From NCBI RefSeq assembly GCF_009914755.1, contig NC_060927.1: DNA of 64,000 nucleotides; one strand, given 5' to 3'. This document shows, one piece after another, positions 32,201-45,472 of this stretch (within the stretch, counting starts at the first letter, position 1; each line of letters starts with the position of its first letter). Source of the DNA: the human T2T-CHM13v2.0 reference genome, Homo sapiens. The position numbers and the translations under genes are program-made. A model generated the notes under the pieces. It was not told the origin of the DNA, made no database searches, and saw only the letters and a list, made by a program, of their open reading frames with translations.

Positions 32201-33855
32201 GCAATCCTAAAATTCATATGGAACCATGAAAGACCCCAAATAGCTAAAACAATCTTGAAGCAAAAAGAACAAAGCCATCACACTACCTGACTTAAAAATC
32301 TACTGCAAAGCTATGCTAATCAAAACAGCATGGTACTACACACACAGACCAATGGAATGTAATAGAGAGCCCAGAAATGCACCCACAGATTTGTGGTCAA
32401 TTGATTTTTGACAGAGGTGCCAAGAACACACAATGGGAAAAGGACAGTCTTTTCAATAAATGATGCTGAGAAAACTGGATATCTACATACAGAAGAATGA
32501 AATTAGAACCTTTTCTCCACACCATATTCAAAACCCAACTCAAAATGGATTAAATACTTAAGCATAAGTCCTGATACTGTAAAACTGCGAGAAGAAAACA
32601 TAAGGGAAAAGCTCCTAACATTGGTCTGGATGGTGATCTTTTGGATATGACTCAAAAGCACAGGCAACAAAAGTGAAAATAGACAAAAGAGATTACATCT
32701 AACTAAAAAGTTTCAGCACAGCAAAAAACAATAAACAGAGTGAAGAGACAACCTGCTAAGTGGGAGAAAATATGTACAAACCATACATCTGGTAAGAGGT
32801 TAATATTCAAAATATGTGAGGAACTCAAACAACTCATTAGCAAGAAAATAAATAACCCAATTAAAAAATGGGCAAAGGACCTGAATAGACATTTCTCAAA
32901 AGAAGACACATACAAATGGCCAACAGATACATGAAAAAAATGCCCAACATTACTAATCGTTCGAGAAATGCAAACAAAAGCCACAATGTGATATCACCTC
33001 ATACTGTTAGAATGGCTATTATCAAAAAGACAAAAAGTAAGTGTTGAGGAGGATGTGAAGAAAAGAGAACCGTTGCACATTGTTGGTGGGAATGTAAATT
33101 AGTACAGCCATTGTGGAAAACATTATGGAGGTCCTCAAAAAATAAAAAATAGAACTACCATATGATCCAGCAATTCCACAACTGGGTGTATATCCAAAGG
33201 TAATGAAATCAGTGTGTGAAAGAGATATCTGCACTCCCATGTTCACTGCAGCATTAATCACAATAGCCAAGATTTGAAATCAACCTAAGTGTCCACCAAC
33301 AGATGATGGTATACACACAATTGAATACTATTCAGCCTTAAAAAAAAAAAGAAGGAAATCCTGTCATTTGCAGCAACATGTCTGAACCTGGAGGGCATTA
33401 TGCTAGGTGAAATAAGCCAGGCACAGAAATACCAGCATAATGCCATGAACCAGGTGTAATGCATCCACACACATACACATATGCTATCACTTGCATGTAG
33501 AGTAGAAAAAAGTTGAATTCATAGAAGTAAAGAGTAGAATGTTGGTTGCCAGAAGCTAGTGTGGTAGGGAGATGTTGGTCAAAGGATACAAAATTTCTGT
33601 TAGGAAGAGTAAGTTCAAGGGATGCATTGTAAAACCGTGGTGACTATATTTAATAACAATGTGTTATATTTTGAAAATAGCAAAGAGAGATTTTAAGCAC
33701 CCTTTCCACAAAAAATGAAAAGTATATGAAGTAGTGCATATGTTAATTAGCTTGACTGAGCCATTCTACAACGTGCACGTATTTCAAACCATCATGCTGT
33801 ACCTGACAAATATATATAATCTTTCTTTGTCAGTTTAAAGTAAATAAATGAAATA
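29240..33855 (+). mobile_element. L1MA (L1MA8-like) ~4.6 kb: inter-ORF region, ORF2, 3'UTR; inactive
   Basis: ORF2 remnants (KGSIHQE.LTIINI.A.NIGAPKYIKQ; [15 protein letters not shown]; LLFNIVLEV...[15 protein letters not shown]) with many stops and frameshifts. Confidence 0.9.
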
Positions 33856-36319
33856 GTAAAGGATGTTGGCAGTAAGTCAAAGTAAAATGGAAAGAGAATC
33901 AGAAACGGTATTTATGACCTCCAGTGTCTACATATCAACTTTTCCCAAACAATTGTTCCATGGATAACTGCTCTTCAGGACATTCATAAGCAGGGCTGCT
34001 CCTGGTATTTGCAAGACCCAGGTCAAGAGGATGAATTGAAGCATCATATCATATGAAAATATATAAAGTTGTAAATTAGGCTAACATACTGTTATATAAA
34101 ATTTATTCTACCCACCTACTTTCACAAACATATCTTTGAAATGATAACATTGAAAAACGGGTAAGCAGCTATGGGCTTTATGTAATTGAAAGATGGCAAG
34201 AACCAAAGATGGTAAGCTTAGTTATTATTGTACATGTCTGACTATTCTGTTTATGGTCCAGTAATATTTGGGCAAGTAATGAAATAAAGGCATACATGGT
34301 TTTTTAAAAGTTAGAAATACATATGTATATATACAAACAAATACATATATATATATACATTATGCCTGCAGTATACAGAGAATATTTCTGGAAAGGTCAA
34401 TAAGAAGTTGGTAGGTAGCTGTTGCCAGGCATGGAAACTGGGGACTGGAGTTCACACCAGGGGAAAAGAGATTTACCTTTCTCATGTTGACATTCTTTTG
34501 TATTTTTATTTTTTTATGATGTATGTATACAACCCAGTTAATGTACAGATTTTTTTAAGTGCTAGAATTTGGAAACTGACACACTGTGAAGTAAGAAACA
34601 TCTGGATCCATAAGGCTTATAAATAGCAGAGCTGGGATATGTGTGGGGCTGTCTGAGTTCAAAGCTAGGGCTCAGACACACTGTATCACAGGAATTTTTT
34701 GCATGTATTGATCTGATAATGTTTCTAAAAGATGACATAATCATAAACATTTGTTTTGCTCTTTTTTACAGATTGTGATTTTTTTGTAAAAGAAGCTGTA
34801 CGAATCATCATAAATAATTCCAATAGTCTGCACTTCTCCCAAGGTGTGCACTGCTCATAAACTTGCCAGTGTGTGATTCATGAGAAAGGAGATTTATTTT
34901 CCTTAAACATCCAATAATTTAAAATGATTTTCAATAATAATAATCAAATGAAAAAGCTTCATTCTCTTCAGTGTCTTCTAGATGCCCTACTTAAAGAGAA
35001 CATTTTCTTATGTCTCATTTCAATATTTTGTTAACTATGAGGATGTGCTGGTTTGTTGAATCAAACAAAAGGAAATGTTGTGGAATATTTTTCCAAGTAG
35101 TTTTGGTTCACTATTCACAGGACATTGGCATTATCTACTAAGGCTGAAAATGTGCATATTCCATGACTCAGGATTTTATCTCCTAGATATATATTCAACA
35201 GAAATGCATGAGTATGTGCACCAACAGGCATGACAAAAATATTTATAGTAGTGGTGTTCACAATAGTCCCAAACTGGAAACCCAAGTGTCCATCTCCATC
35301 GGAACAGAAAACTATACTTTGGTCTGCTTCTACAGTGGCACATCAACCCACCTTTGAGCTTTAGATCTAAGAAGTGTGTTCATGCAACAGCCATAGAGAT
35401 GGTGCTATTGAAAGGCAATCTGCCCATCCTGTGTATTGACAAGCATCAGGATTCCAGGAGGATTCTTCCTGATTCAAAGACTGTCAAATAGGAAAAAAGA
35501 AAACAGTAAATGAACAAAAACATCAACATGGAGTCCAAGTAATGAATTTATAGAGGAAAATGTATGCTACTCTGAAAACAAAGCTTATGTTAGAGAATAT
35601 CTTACTGTAAGAAACAAGGAAAATTGCAGAAACATTTGCTGAGTGTTTTTAATAGGAGTCAAAAAGAAAGGGTCTTTTCAGAAACTGAAGTAGGAAATAA
35701 TAACAGACAAGGTCAAAAAATAGATGCAGGCTGAAAAGAAAAGGAAGTGGGCTAAGATGGGAAAAATATAAAAAGATTTAAAATCCAGCAACAAAATTTA
35801 CACATTCATTTGGATGCAGTGAAAAGGGCAGAAATACCACAGCAGAGAATAAAATTGATAATGTTGGCAACACATTTATTAAGTGATCCAACATGGGATG
35901 GGAAGGAATGGGCAAAGAGATTAAAATGACAGAAGTTAGCTGTAGATGACCTATCCCACAGCAATCGGAGTTCTTGAAGAAGAAACCAGAACAAATAAAA
36001 TAGAAACAATAATCAGAGTTTAATAATTAATTTTCTGAGTTTTTTTTTAAAAAAACTAATTATACAAACTTGAAAGGGTTCACCTTGCCCTAGCAAAACT
36101 AGGATTGGGACACCTTTTTTTCCCCCTGAGGATCACTGACAAAAAACACTGCACCAGTAAGGAAGCAACTAAATTTTGTTTTGTTCTTTGAAAAAGGCTA
36201 ACCTGAGCTAGGTAAAGGTTATATCATTCACTTTTGAAATAAACCATCGAGAACACAAAATGACAAGTGAGTTAGGTTGGGCTGATGGGATAGAAGGTGG
36301 GAGGGGAATGCTATACAGC

Positions 36320-36488
36320 TGGGAACAGCAGACTTTCTCTGAAGGGCCAGATGGTAACTACATTAGGGTTTGCGGGTCTGATGGTCGCCATCATAACTGC
36401 ATACTCAACTCTGCCGTTGTAGGGTAAGAGCAGCACTCGATGACACAGAAATGAATGCACATGACTGTGTTCCAGTAAAATTTTATTT
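36320..36488 (-). mobile_element. MER58A fragment in the CFAP91 3'UTR
   Basis: GAAGGGCCAGATGGTAA...ACTCAACTCTGCCGTTGTAG...TGTGTTCCAGTAAAATTTTATTT. Confidence 0.75.
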
Positions 36489-36777
36489 TAATTAAAATCA
36501 ATTCATGTTTGAAAAAGGATTTAAAGTAGCTTCTAATAAAGGACATGTGTAATGAAACTTAAAATATGATATTTTCTTTAAAAATCTTTATCCTTATGTA
36601 GACTTCTAAAACTATGTTTTGCATTTAGACAGTCAAGGAAAATACAAGTTGTTATACAATTCTCATTGACTAATTGAAGTTTACTAGGAGAGGAAAACTT
36701 TTTCTTGATACCGGCAATCTTTTACTTATAATGGCTTGAGTTAAAATGCTCCAACTTTTCTAATTTTTGCTTTTGAA

Positions 36778-36803
36778 AATAAAACACCTATAGTGACAAT
36801 AAA
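36778..36803 (+). terminator. CFAP91: Tandem AATAAA polyadenylation signals (36778-36783, 36798-36803), probable CFAP91 3' end
   Basis: Two canonical hexamers 20 nt apart after a U-rich stretch. Confidence 0.6.
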
Positions 36804-37378
36804 AACACACATTTAAAGCCAAGTGGTCATAGTGACTGGAGCCATGTAGTGAATTGGGGCTAGACTAGTACGATCAATAGCGATACAAAATCACAATGAA
36901 CTGTCTGAGGCAGAAAACTTTTTGTATGGATGCGTAATCAGATATAGTGAATCATTGTAAAGAGAGGCAGTGCTTTAGCTTGAGGCAAGGTAAAATCCAA
37001 AAGGAAAGTGTGCAGTGTGGGTAAAGGATCTCTTTAGGATGCGAAACTGTTAGCACAAAATTGTTGGGAATTCTAAGTTCCTGAAGTGCAGAACTCCCAG
37101 ACAAATTATGTTAGAGCCTGATTGTTAGTTCAGGAGGAGCTTCCACTGCTAACTCCCATCCTCCTACTCAGTTCTAGGCCACTGGTACCCACTTGAGGGT
37201 AGAGTTGTATTTACAAATACTTGGAGTGATTTTATGCAACAAACTGCACAGAGGATTATAGACTCAGTTAATAGGGGAGTGGAGAATGCCAGCAAGCCCC
37301 TGAGTTAGAGTGAATGGCCTTCAACTGTGCTTACCAATTGTGGAACAAAAGCCAGCTAGAACCCTAGCAATATAGTAG

Positions 37379-38630
37379 GGTTATGGGATCTTTGGAGTGT
37401 TGCTTTTCTGGCTGGATACCTCCGTGGACAGTGGGGCCTTTGCCTGAGTTCTTGTCCTGTGTCCAGGAAGAATGAGGTATGCAGACAAGTGGAGGGTGAG
37501 CAAGATGAAGAGAAGCTTTATTGAGTGTTACAACAGCTCAGAGGAGACCCACAGTGGGTGGCTTCTCTTTGTAGGCAGGTCATCTGGTCGAGTGTTCAGC
37601 TCTCAGCAAAAAGGAGGCAATGGAGTGGGTGGCTCCTCTCTGCAGGCAGGTCATCAGGATGAGTATTCAGCTCTCAGCAGAGAAGGTAGCGCCTCTCTGC
37701 AACTGGTCATTCAGACATCTCCTCTGCTCTGGCTGAGTCCATGGTTTTTTGATCTTCAGAGAGGGGAAGTGCATGCTGATTGGTCCATGGGTAGCCATGG
37801 GCAGGCCCAGGAAAAAGGGATATAAGCTCCCCCTCCAGGCAGCAGGACTGGCAGCCCGGCGCCCAGGCTTCAGGCCTTCTTGGCATGAAGGTGGGACTTC
37901 ACTGAGGCCCTGCCCCCTTCTGCCCAGGAGCTGTCTGCCTCCCCTGTCATTCATGGCACCCAGGCTCTTCCTGCAAAGGGGTGCCTGCAGGCCAGTGCTG
38001 AGCTGCCCTCAGCACCCCCTCAGCTTCCCTCCTGTGCTCTTCAGTGCCCAAAGACAGGAGGGGGCCAAGGCAGCAGGGGGCTGGCATGTCAGCACTGCCC
38101 TGAACGTGCGCCCACCCTGCTGGCCTGTGACAGTGCCCTGGCTCGGCCCCAACCTTGCTCCACAATCAGAACATGCACCAGGAGTGGGGAGAAGCCAGGC
38201 AGCAGGAGCAGGCACTTGCAAGCCTGTTAGGGTAGGGGGACATTCCAGGGCCCCCAAGAGTTCAGGGATGCCTGAGTCTGCAGCCACAGTTTGGGCAGCT
38301 GCAGCTGTGCCCAGCAGCAGGCTCCTGCCTGCTCCCAGTCCCCCAAGAGCAAAGGGAGGCTCACATCTGCAGCCACGGTTGGGTGGCTGAAGCCCTGCTG
38401 GGAGGGCAAGGCTCCTGCCTGCTCTGTGGAGTGGGAGGCCAGGGTCTACAGCCATGGTTTGGGTGGCTGCAGTGGCACCGGGGGAGCTCCCACCCCAACT
38501 CAGAAGGGGCGGGGCTCCTGCTTGTCCCTAGCTCCCACCAGCTCCATGGAGGGTGCAGCCTTGGCTGCACCTCCCTGCTGCAGCCAGTGTGATGGCAGTG
38601 GCAGACCGTCTGATGTGGCCACTGCCATCA
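37379..38630 (-). mobile_element. MER52-type ERV1 solo LTR (~1.25 kb, GC-rich), 4-bp TSD GTAG
   Basis: Minus strand starts TGATGGCAGTGGC; GTAG at 37375-37378 and 38631-38634; appears to split a MIR. Confidence 0.8.
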
Positions 38631-38634
38631 GTAG

Positions 38635-38870
38635 CATGGAAGTTAAGAGAGCAGGCTCTGGACCCAGACTGTCCGGATTGAAATCACAGTCCAAGTTCAG
38701 TGTGTCAGACAGGTTATTTAATCCCTGGGTTATTTAAGCCTTAGCCTCCTCATGTGTAAAATGGTATAACCATAGGTTGTACCTCATGAGGTTGATGTCG
38801 GGATGTAATGAATCAATTTATATAAAAAGCTTAGCAGGCAACACACGGTAAATACCCAATAAGCACCAGT
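38635..38870 (+). mobile_element. MIR
   Basis: GTTAAGAGAGCAGGCTCTGGA..CAGAC; CCTCATGTGTAAAATGG core. Confidence 0.7.
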
Positions 38871-39296
38871 TAGCTAATTTTACTATCACAAAGGGATAAA
38901 GGACAAAAGAGAAATAGGTGGAGCATGTTTCCTGCTTATAAGGAAAACGACCACACCTACCACTGTATAGGCAGTGGCGCAGTGGATATCAGTCTCTAAC
39001 CCATCAGATGAGTTTCTCGGTCTCATTTGGGGAACAATAAGAGACAGAGAGAATATGGATGTGCTATCATCTGCCCCTCCCCTAACCCCTCCAGCAAGAA
39101 AGGGATAGGAATGAGTACCTCATGTTCTGTAGAAACTTGAGGTGTTGAGAATAAGGGCTCCCTCCCTACCAGATATTAGTGCAGTAGAAGGAAGCCATAA
39201 GTATTGCGCAGAAGAACTTCCCAGAAAACTTAGCTGCAATCTTGAAGGAGGCACCTTTTATGATAGGTGGCACATGAGGAAACTGGAAGTGAGGAC

Positions 39297-39480
39297 TACA
39301 GTGGTTCTTGGCTGTGGCTGCATGCGAAAACCACCTGAGTACTTTAAAAAAAAAGTGCTTCTTGGGTTTCACCTCGGGCCAATTAAGATAGAATCTTTAG
39401 AAGGGGAGCCCAAGCAAACGGATTTTTTTTTTAAAGTTTCCCAAGTGATTTAATGTACATTCCAAATTGAGAATAGATGA
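39297..39480. mobile_element. MER5B-like MITE
   Basis: CAGTGGTTCT...AACCACCTG...CCCAAGTGATTTAATGTACA...TTGAGAA. Confidence 0.6.
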
Positions 39481-42344
39481 CGTGTTTCCCAAGGAAATTG
39501 TCCCTCTCCAAGCATTTACCATTCAGACTTACTACAGAAGATATGTCTTCAGTCCAGGTTCTAATTATATTTTCTTTGTAAAGCATAAAGAATTTCAAAG
39601 AAAAAAAATGTGTGAGAAAACATTGATACTGGACATAGTCATAACACTTGGTACTTCCTCAATAACACACTTGATAGTAATTTCCTGCGTAATCGTCTCT
39701 CTCACTGGCGTGTGAGGGCAGGGCAGCAGCTGTACCTAGTGAGTTCATTTGTTTTCATTTGCAGTGCTTAGCCAGTCCAGTCTCTGGCACCTATCAATCC
39801 CTTAGTAGGTATTTATTGAATGAAATTCTACATACTTAATGTTTGTAAAAGTAAACATGTGTGTGGTTTTAGAGATCATTTATTATGTCTTGGCATATTA
39901 CGGTATGAAATGAGTTTCAAGGACATAATTCTAATTTATAACATTCATTCCTTATAAACGTTTAACTTTTTGTGATTCAACTTGTGAATGTTATTATCAA
40001 GGAACCAAGTAAGTCATAAAGGAAGGGAGAGGCCTTCTGTATGACATCCTAAAAGGAATTTATCCCATTTATCCTTGTACAAAAGACATTCGACAGCTTA
40101 AGAAACCTCCAACAGAAGTTTCAGAGAAGAAGCAAAAATGTTCTTTTCACTGTTTCTTTTATTTTTAATAAAAATTAAAGATATTTTATTAAAACATATC
40201 TATAAAATCAGCTTTCAATTATGTCAGAATGAAGAGGTCAGCAATACTCCTCCACTAAAAAAAAAAACCATACAACTGGACAAAATTGACAAAAGCATCC
40301 AGGGAACTAGAAATCTACTAGAGATGGGCAGCAAGTTGAAAAGCTCCTAGAGATTCAAGGAGAAACAGCAGAAGGCTAATTCTTTCCCCCACCTCCCATC
40401 AAGCTCAATCAGCAAGAATCGTAGTTTTCCAGTTTGGAGTTGGCCAAAAACCCAGTGGCTCTTCTGCCAGAGGAGAAATACTTATAAAGTTTTAAATTTC
40501 AATATTTAGGGTCGAGAAGTGGCATGAAATTTTGTGACTTTGCATATACTAAAAGTAGCAAACTCAGAAATGAATAGGGAAAGGCCACAGCTTTGTTAGC
40601 CCAAGGATGCAGTCCCAGTTGGGGTGAGCAGCAAACCAACCAGAGTGCTAATGGGGAGATCCTGGAAGGGTTGAGACAAGTTTTCCACATACCCCTGGCT
40701 GACTGAGAATACGAAAAAACTAACCCAGAAAAAGGAAAAAAAAGGAGAAACATAAGACTAAAATCAAGTTGGGACAAATAGAAAATAAATCACAAAATGA
40801 TACACCTCAACTCAACTTTAACATGCATTAAATATTAGTGTATTAAACACTCCAAATAAAAGGCACAGGTGTCAAAATGGTTTTTTGTTTTGTTTTTTTT
40901 TTCTTAAAATTGTTTTGAAGAAAAGCAAAACCAAGCATATGATTTACAAGAGACACTTTTAAATATAAAAACAGTGATAATGAAAGTAAATAGGTGGAAA
41001 ATGATACAACAGGAAAATATTTAGCATAAGAAAACTAGACTGGTTCTATTACTACAGCTGGCAAAAAAAAAATTTCAAAGCAGGCAGTATTACCAAAGAT
41101 AAAGTAGGATATCTCATAAAAATAATAAATGAAAACCAAATAGTCTTATCCATTTATGCCCCTAATAACTGAGCTTCAAAATTCACAAAGCAAAACTAAC
41201 AAAAAAAGAAGTAAACAAATCTCCAAAGTTGAAGACTTAACACCTTCTTTTCAATAGCATAGAACAATTAGACAAGAAATCAGTAAAGTTTAGAAGATTT
41301 TAACAAAACTACATACCTTTGCTTAACACTAATCAGAACACTATACCCAACCACAGCAGAATACATATTCTTTTCAAGTGTACATGGAACATTTATCAAG
41401 ATAAGCCATATTTTGAGCCACAAAACATCTTTATATGTTTCAAACAATGGAAATCTTATAAAATATGTTATCTGACCACAGAAACAACTAACTTAGAAAT
41501 CAGGAACAGATACATATTTTTAGAAAATCCCCAAACATTTGGAAGTTAAACAGTGTATCTCTAAATAACCTTTGGATCAAAGAAGAAATAACATGTGAAC
41601 GATTGAGAAAATACAACTTCAAAATTTGTAGGATGTAGCAAAAGCAGTGCTTACAGAGAAATGGTAGCTATATGCACTCATGTTAGAAAAGAGGCTTAAA
41701 ACCAGTTATCTAAGTTCCCACTTAAGGAAGATGCAGAAGAAAGGCAAAGTAAAACCAAAGTAAGTAGTAGGAGAGATGTTTTAAGATACACAAGAGCAGA
41801 AATTAATGAAACAGAAAGCTTAAAATGATAGAGAAAATTGACAAGAACAAAATTTTATTCTTTGAAGAGACTGGTCAAAAAGGAGAAATCACAAATTATC
41901 AACATCACGAACAAGAGGGGTATCACTATAGTGGAAGAGGGAATGTCACTATAGATCTTACAGGCATTAAAAGGATAATAAAGGAATTTTTGAAAACTTT
42001 ATGACAATAAATATGATAGCTTAGATGAAATGGAAAAAGTCCTTGAAGCAGAATTTACCAAAAAATATACAATGATAAATAGAAAATCTATATAACCTTG
42101 TATCTATTAAGTAAATTGAATTTGTTATCAAAAACATTCCCATAAAGAAACATCCAGGCCCAGATGGTTTCAGTGGTGAATTCCATCAAACATTTAAGGA
42201 AGAGATAATGCCAATCTTATACAAACTCTTTCAGAAAATATAGAGGAAGCAGTTTGCATCACATTTTAAGAGACCAGTATAATCATATCATCTGACAGAG
42301 ATAAGAAAATAAAGTTACAGGTCTATATCATGATTACAATTGCA

Positions 42345-42380
42345 GCATTGGTGGTATAGTGGTGAGCATAGCTGCTTTCA
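42345..42380 (+). pseudogene. 5' half of tRNA-Gly(TCC), tailless retropseudogene
   Basis: GCATTGGTGGTATAGTGGTGAGCATAGCTGCTTTCA matches ~33/36 nt of the recalled tRNA-Gly-TCC 5' end; 15-bp TSD. Confidence 0.85.
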
Positions 42381-43298
42381 ATGATTATGAATGCAAAAGT
42401 CGTTAATGAAATATGACCAAAACAAATCAGAATTCCAAAAAAGAGAGAGACAGAGTATTATTCTGGACAAAGCACATTTATTCCAAAGATGCAGGGTTAG
42501 TACAGCATTAGAAATATCAATGTAATTCAACATGTTAATAGAAAAAAGATAAAAAGCATATGATCTTAACTGAAAAATTAACACAATTCTACACTCATTC
42601 ACGTTTAGAAATTCTCAAAAAACTAGGATAAAAAGGAACTTCCTCAACTTGACAAAAGCATCTATAAAGGTGACAGCTAGCATCATAGCTAATGGTGAAA
42701 TATTGAATGTCCCCCACAAGGATATCTACCCCCACCACAATGCTATTTAATACTGTATTAATCGTTCCAACTAATGCAATAAGGAAAGAAAAAAAGCATA
42801 AAGATCAGAAAAGAAGAAAACAGTCTTTCTTTGCAGAAAACATAATTATTTACATTGAACATCCTCAGTAATACTAAGGAATAACTACTAGAACTATTTA
42901 ATAAAGTCACAGTTATATCTCATCAATATAAATATATATACATACAAATATATTTTCTATATACTAGCAGCAAACAATTAGAACAGCGGTGTTTTTTTTT
43001 AAATTGACTTAGTATCCAAAAAACGTAAAACACTTAAGAATAAACTTAACAAAAGACATGGAAGGCCTCTGCACTAAAAACTACAAAACACTGCTGAGAA
43101 AAATAAATGATCTAAATTGAGAGTTATGCCATGTTCACATGTTGGAACACTCAATGTTGTTTTGTAGTCAGTTCTCCTCAAATCGATCTGGCAATTCAAT
43201 GCAATCACAATCAATATACTAACAGGCATTTTAATAACTTTTCAAAGTTGATTCTAAAATTTATACGGTAAAGCAAAGAATACAGGAATAGCCAAAAT

Positions 43299-43690
43299 GG
43301 CTGGGCACAGTGGCTCACACCTGTAATCCTAGCACTTTGTAGGGGTGGTGTGGGGGCTGAGGCAGGAGGATCACTTGAGGCCAGGAGTTTGATACCAATC
43401 TGGGCGACAAAGTGACACCCCATCTCTACAAAAACATTTTTTTTGAAATTATCTGGGCCTCGTAATGCACACCTAGCTACTCAGGAGGCTGAGGCAGGAG
43501 GATCACTTGAGCCCAGGAGTTTGAGGCTGCAGTGAGTCATGATCACACCACTGCACTCCAGACTGAATAACCGAGTGAAAAAATGTCAGAAAGAAGGAAA
43601 GAAAGAAAGAGAGAGGGAGAGAGAGAAAGAAAGAAAGAAGGGAAAGAAAAGGAAAGAAGGAAAGAAAGAAAAGAAAGAAGGAAGGAAGGG
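43299..43690 (+). mobile_element. AluJ with expanded GA-rich tail
   Basis: TSD GCCAAAAT; (GAAA/GGAA)n tail 43590-43689. Confidence 0.88.
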
Positions 43691-45098
43691 CCAAAATAAT
43701 CTTGATAAAGGGCAAAGTTGAAAGGCTCATGCTACCTACTTCAAGACTTGCTATAAAGCCTCAGTGATCAAGACAGTGTGATATTGGCATAAGGATAGAT
43801 AAATAGACATATATTGCAGAATAGGGAATCCAGACATCATCTCATACATGTATGGTTAACATACGTTTTTTTTACTAAAGTTGCAGAGCTAAATAATGGG
43901 GAAAAGAGAGCCTTTACAACAAATAGTGCTGGAACAACAGAATAAATGAAAGAAGGAAAAATAGATCTTGACATCTACAACACACCAAACACAAAAATTA
44001 ATTTGAGATGGGTTTCAGAATTAAGTTAAAAACTTAACAAATATCTAGAAAAAAAAAAACAGAATGTCTTTATGACTTATCTACAGGACTCCAAAGACAC
44101 TGGTCATTTAAAAATGACTTACAGATGCCTGCAGCTCATTCTGGGGAAAGGTCATTCATTGTTATGACCAATGTGGATACAAAGCCTAACACAAAAAGGT
44201 CTTGAACTTTTGGATTAGGTTGTTCTTGTATTGATCACTGTTCTCAAAAGGAAAGCCTCAACACAAGCTGTCTACCTATATCATCCCCTTGTACAAAGAA
44301 GGGAACTGAAACATAAAGAAGAAACAAGTCGTCCACTAGCATTGGTGACATCAGCAAAATTGTAGAATAGGCAGCTCCAAACTCCCGTCCCTCTACAGAA
44401 ATACTGAAAAACAAGAAGCAACTGTCAGAGCCAACTTTGCTAGAACTCTGGAAAAGAGTCAAAAGTTTACAGCAATTAAGAAAGTGCTGAACCAAGAAAA
44501 AGCAACTTAAAAATGATAGGACATTTGCCAGTTTTTTAAATTGGGGGGAAAATGATAGGAAAACTTTGTGGCATTTTTACTTGTCCTTGCCACATCCCCT
44601 CTTTGTCTCAGCAGCAGTCTTAAAGACAGCATCCCGTGTTCCCAGTATGGGACCCTGAACCCTGGTTCTGGAGGGAGCAGAGCAGGCTTCAATTGCAAAT
44701 TACTGGAGTTTGTTTGTCTGTTCTAACCTATTCGGGAGCTAACTGAAGAACTTATATGAGGTATGCATCTCGTTTTGCCTAACTGAGAACCCGTGAAGAG
44801 GGAGAAGTGACAATCATTGCTCAGAAACATTGTAAGGTGAATACAAAACCTGCAGCCACCTGGGGGCAAAAGATTAAGGTTCAGACATACAATAGAATGT
44901 CTAAGGTCTGGGAGCAAAAGCCAGGAAGAGAGTTCCTTTGGGAAATTAGGGCAATTCAAAACTGCCAGTGTGTATTCAGGAGTTTAGAAAGCAACATGCA
45001 TGCCAGGACAGGACGCATGTTCAGAAAAGACCTGAGAAGACCCTAACCACTGGCTGATCTCTGGGCTCAGTACAAGTAGAAAGTAAAGGCTCATGGGA

Positions 45099-45127
45099 AT
45101 ATATATATATATATGTGTATATATATA

Positions 45128-45185
<58 letters not shown>

Positions 45186-45472
45186 TTTTTTGAGACAGAG
45201 TCTCGCTCTGTCACCCAGGCTAGAGTACAGTGATGTGATCTCAGCTCACTACAACCTCTGCCTCTTGGGTTCAAATGATTCTCCTGCCTCAGCTTCCTGA
45301 GTAGCTGGGATTACAGGTGCCTGCCACCACACCTGGCTAATTTTTGTATTTTTAGTAGAGACAGGATTTTGCCATGCTGGCCAGGCTGGTCTCAAACTCC
45401 TGACCTCAGGTGATCCGCCTCCCTTGGCCTCCCAAAATGCTGGGATTACAGGTGTGAGCCACCATGCCCGGC
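45099..45472 (-). mobile_element. AluS with (TA)n/poly(T) tail
   Basis: TSD CTCATGGG(G)AAT. Confidence 0.92.

Larger units (their letters stand above)
34772..36830 (+). other. CFAP91: CFAP91 terminal non-coding exon (3'UTR)
   Basis: Strong acceptor ttgctcttttttacag at 34771; needed by the donor after the stop codon; tandem AATAAA near 36.8 kb. 3' end approximate. Confidence 0.7.
40210..44115 (+). mobile_element. Ancient L1 (L1MC/MD-like 5' piece plus ORF2), decayed
   Basis: ORF2-like text (CCAGGCCCAGATGGTTTCAGTGGTGAATTCCATCAAACATTTAAGGAAGA); appears to resume near 47810. Confidence 0.8.

Noticed and set aside
30021-33270. Endonuclease/RT-like ORFs suggesting an active retroelement
   Set aside because: Fragments of an ancient L1MA ORF2 broken by many stops and frameshifts.
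37472-38737. Cluster of long overlapping ORFs (up to 213 aa) on both strands
   Set aside because: All lie within a GC-rich ERV1 LTR with few stop codons; Pro/Ala/Gly-rich with no recognisable domain.
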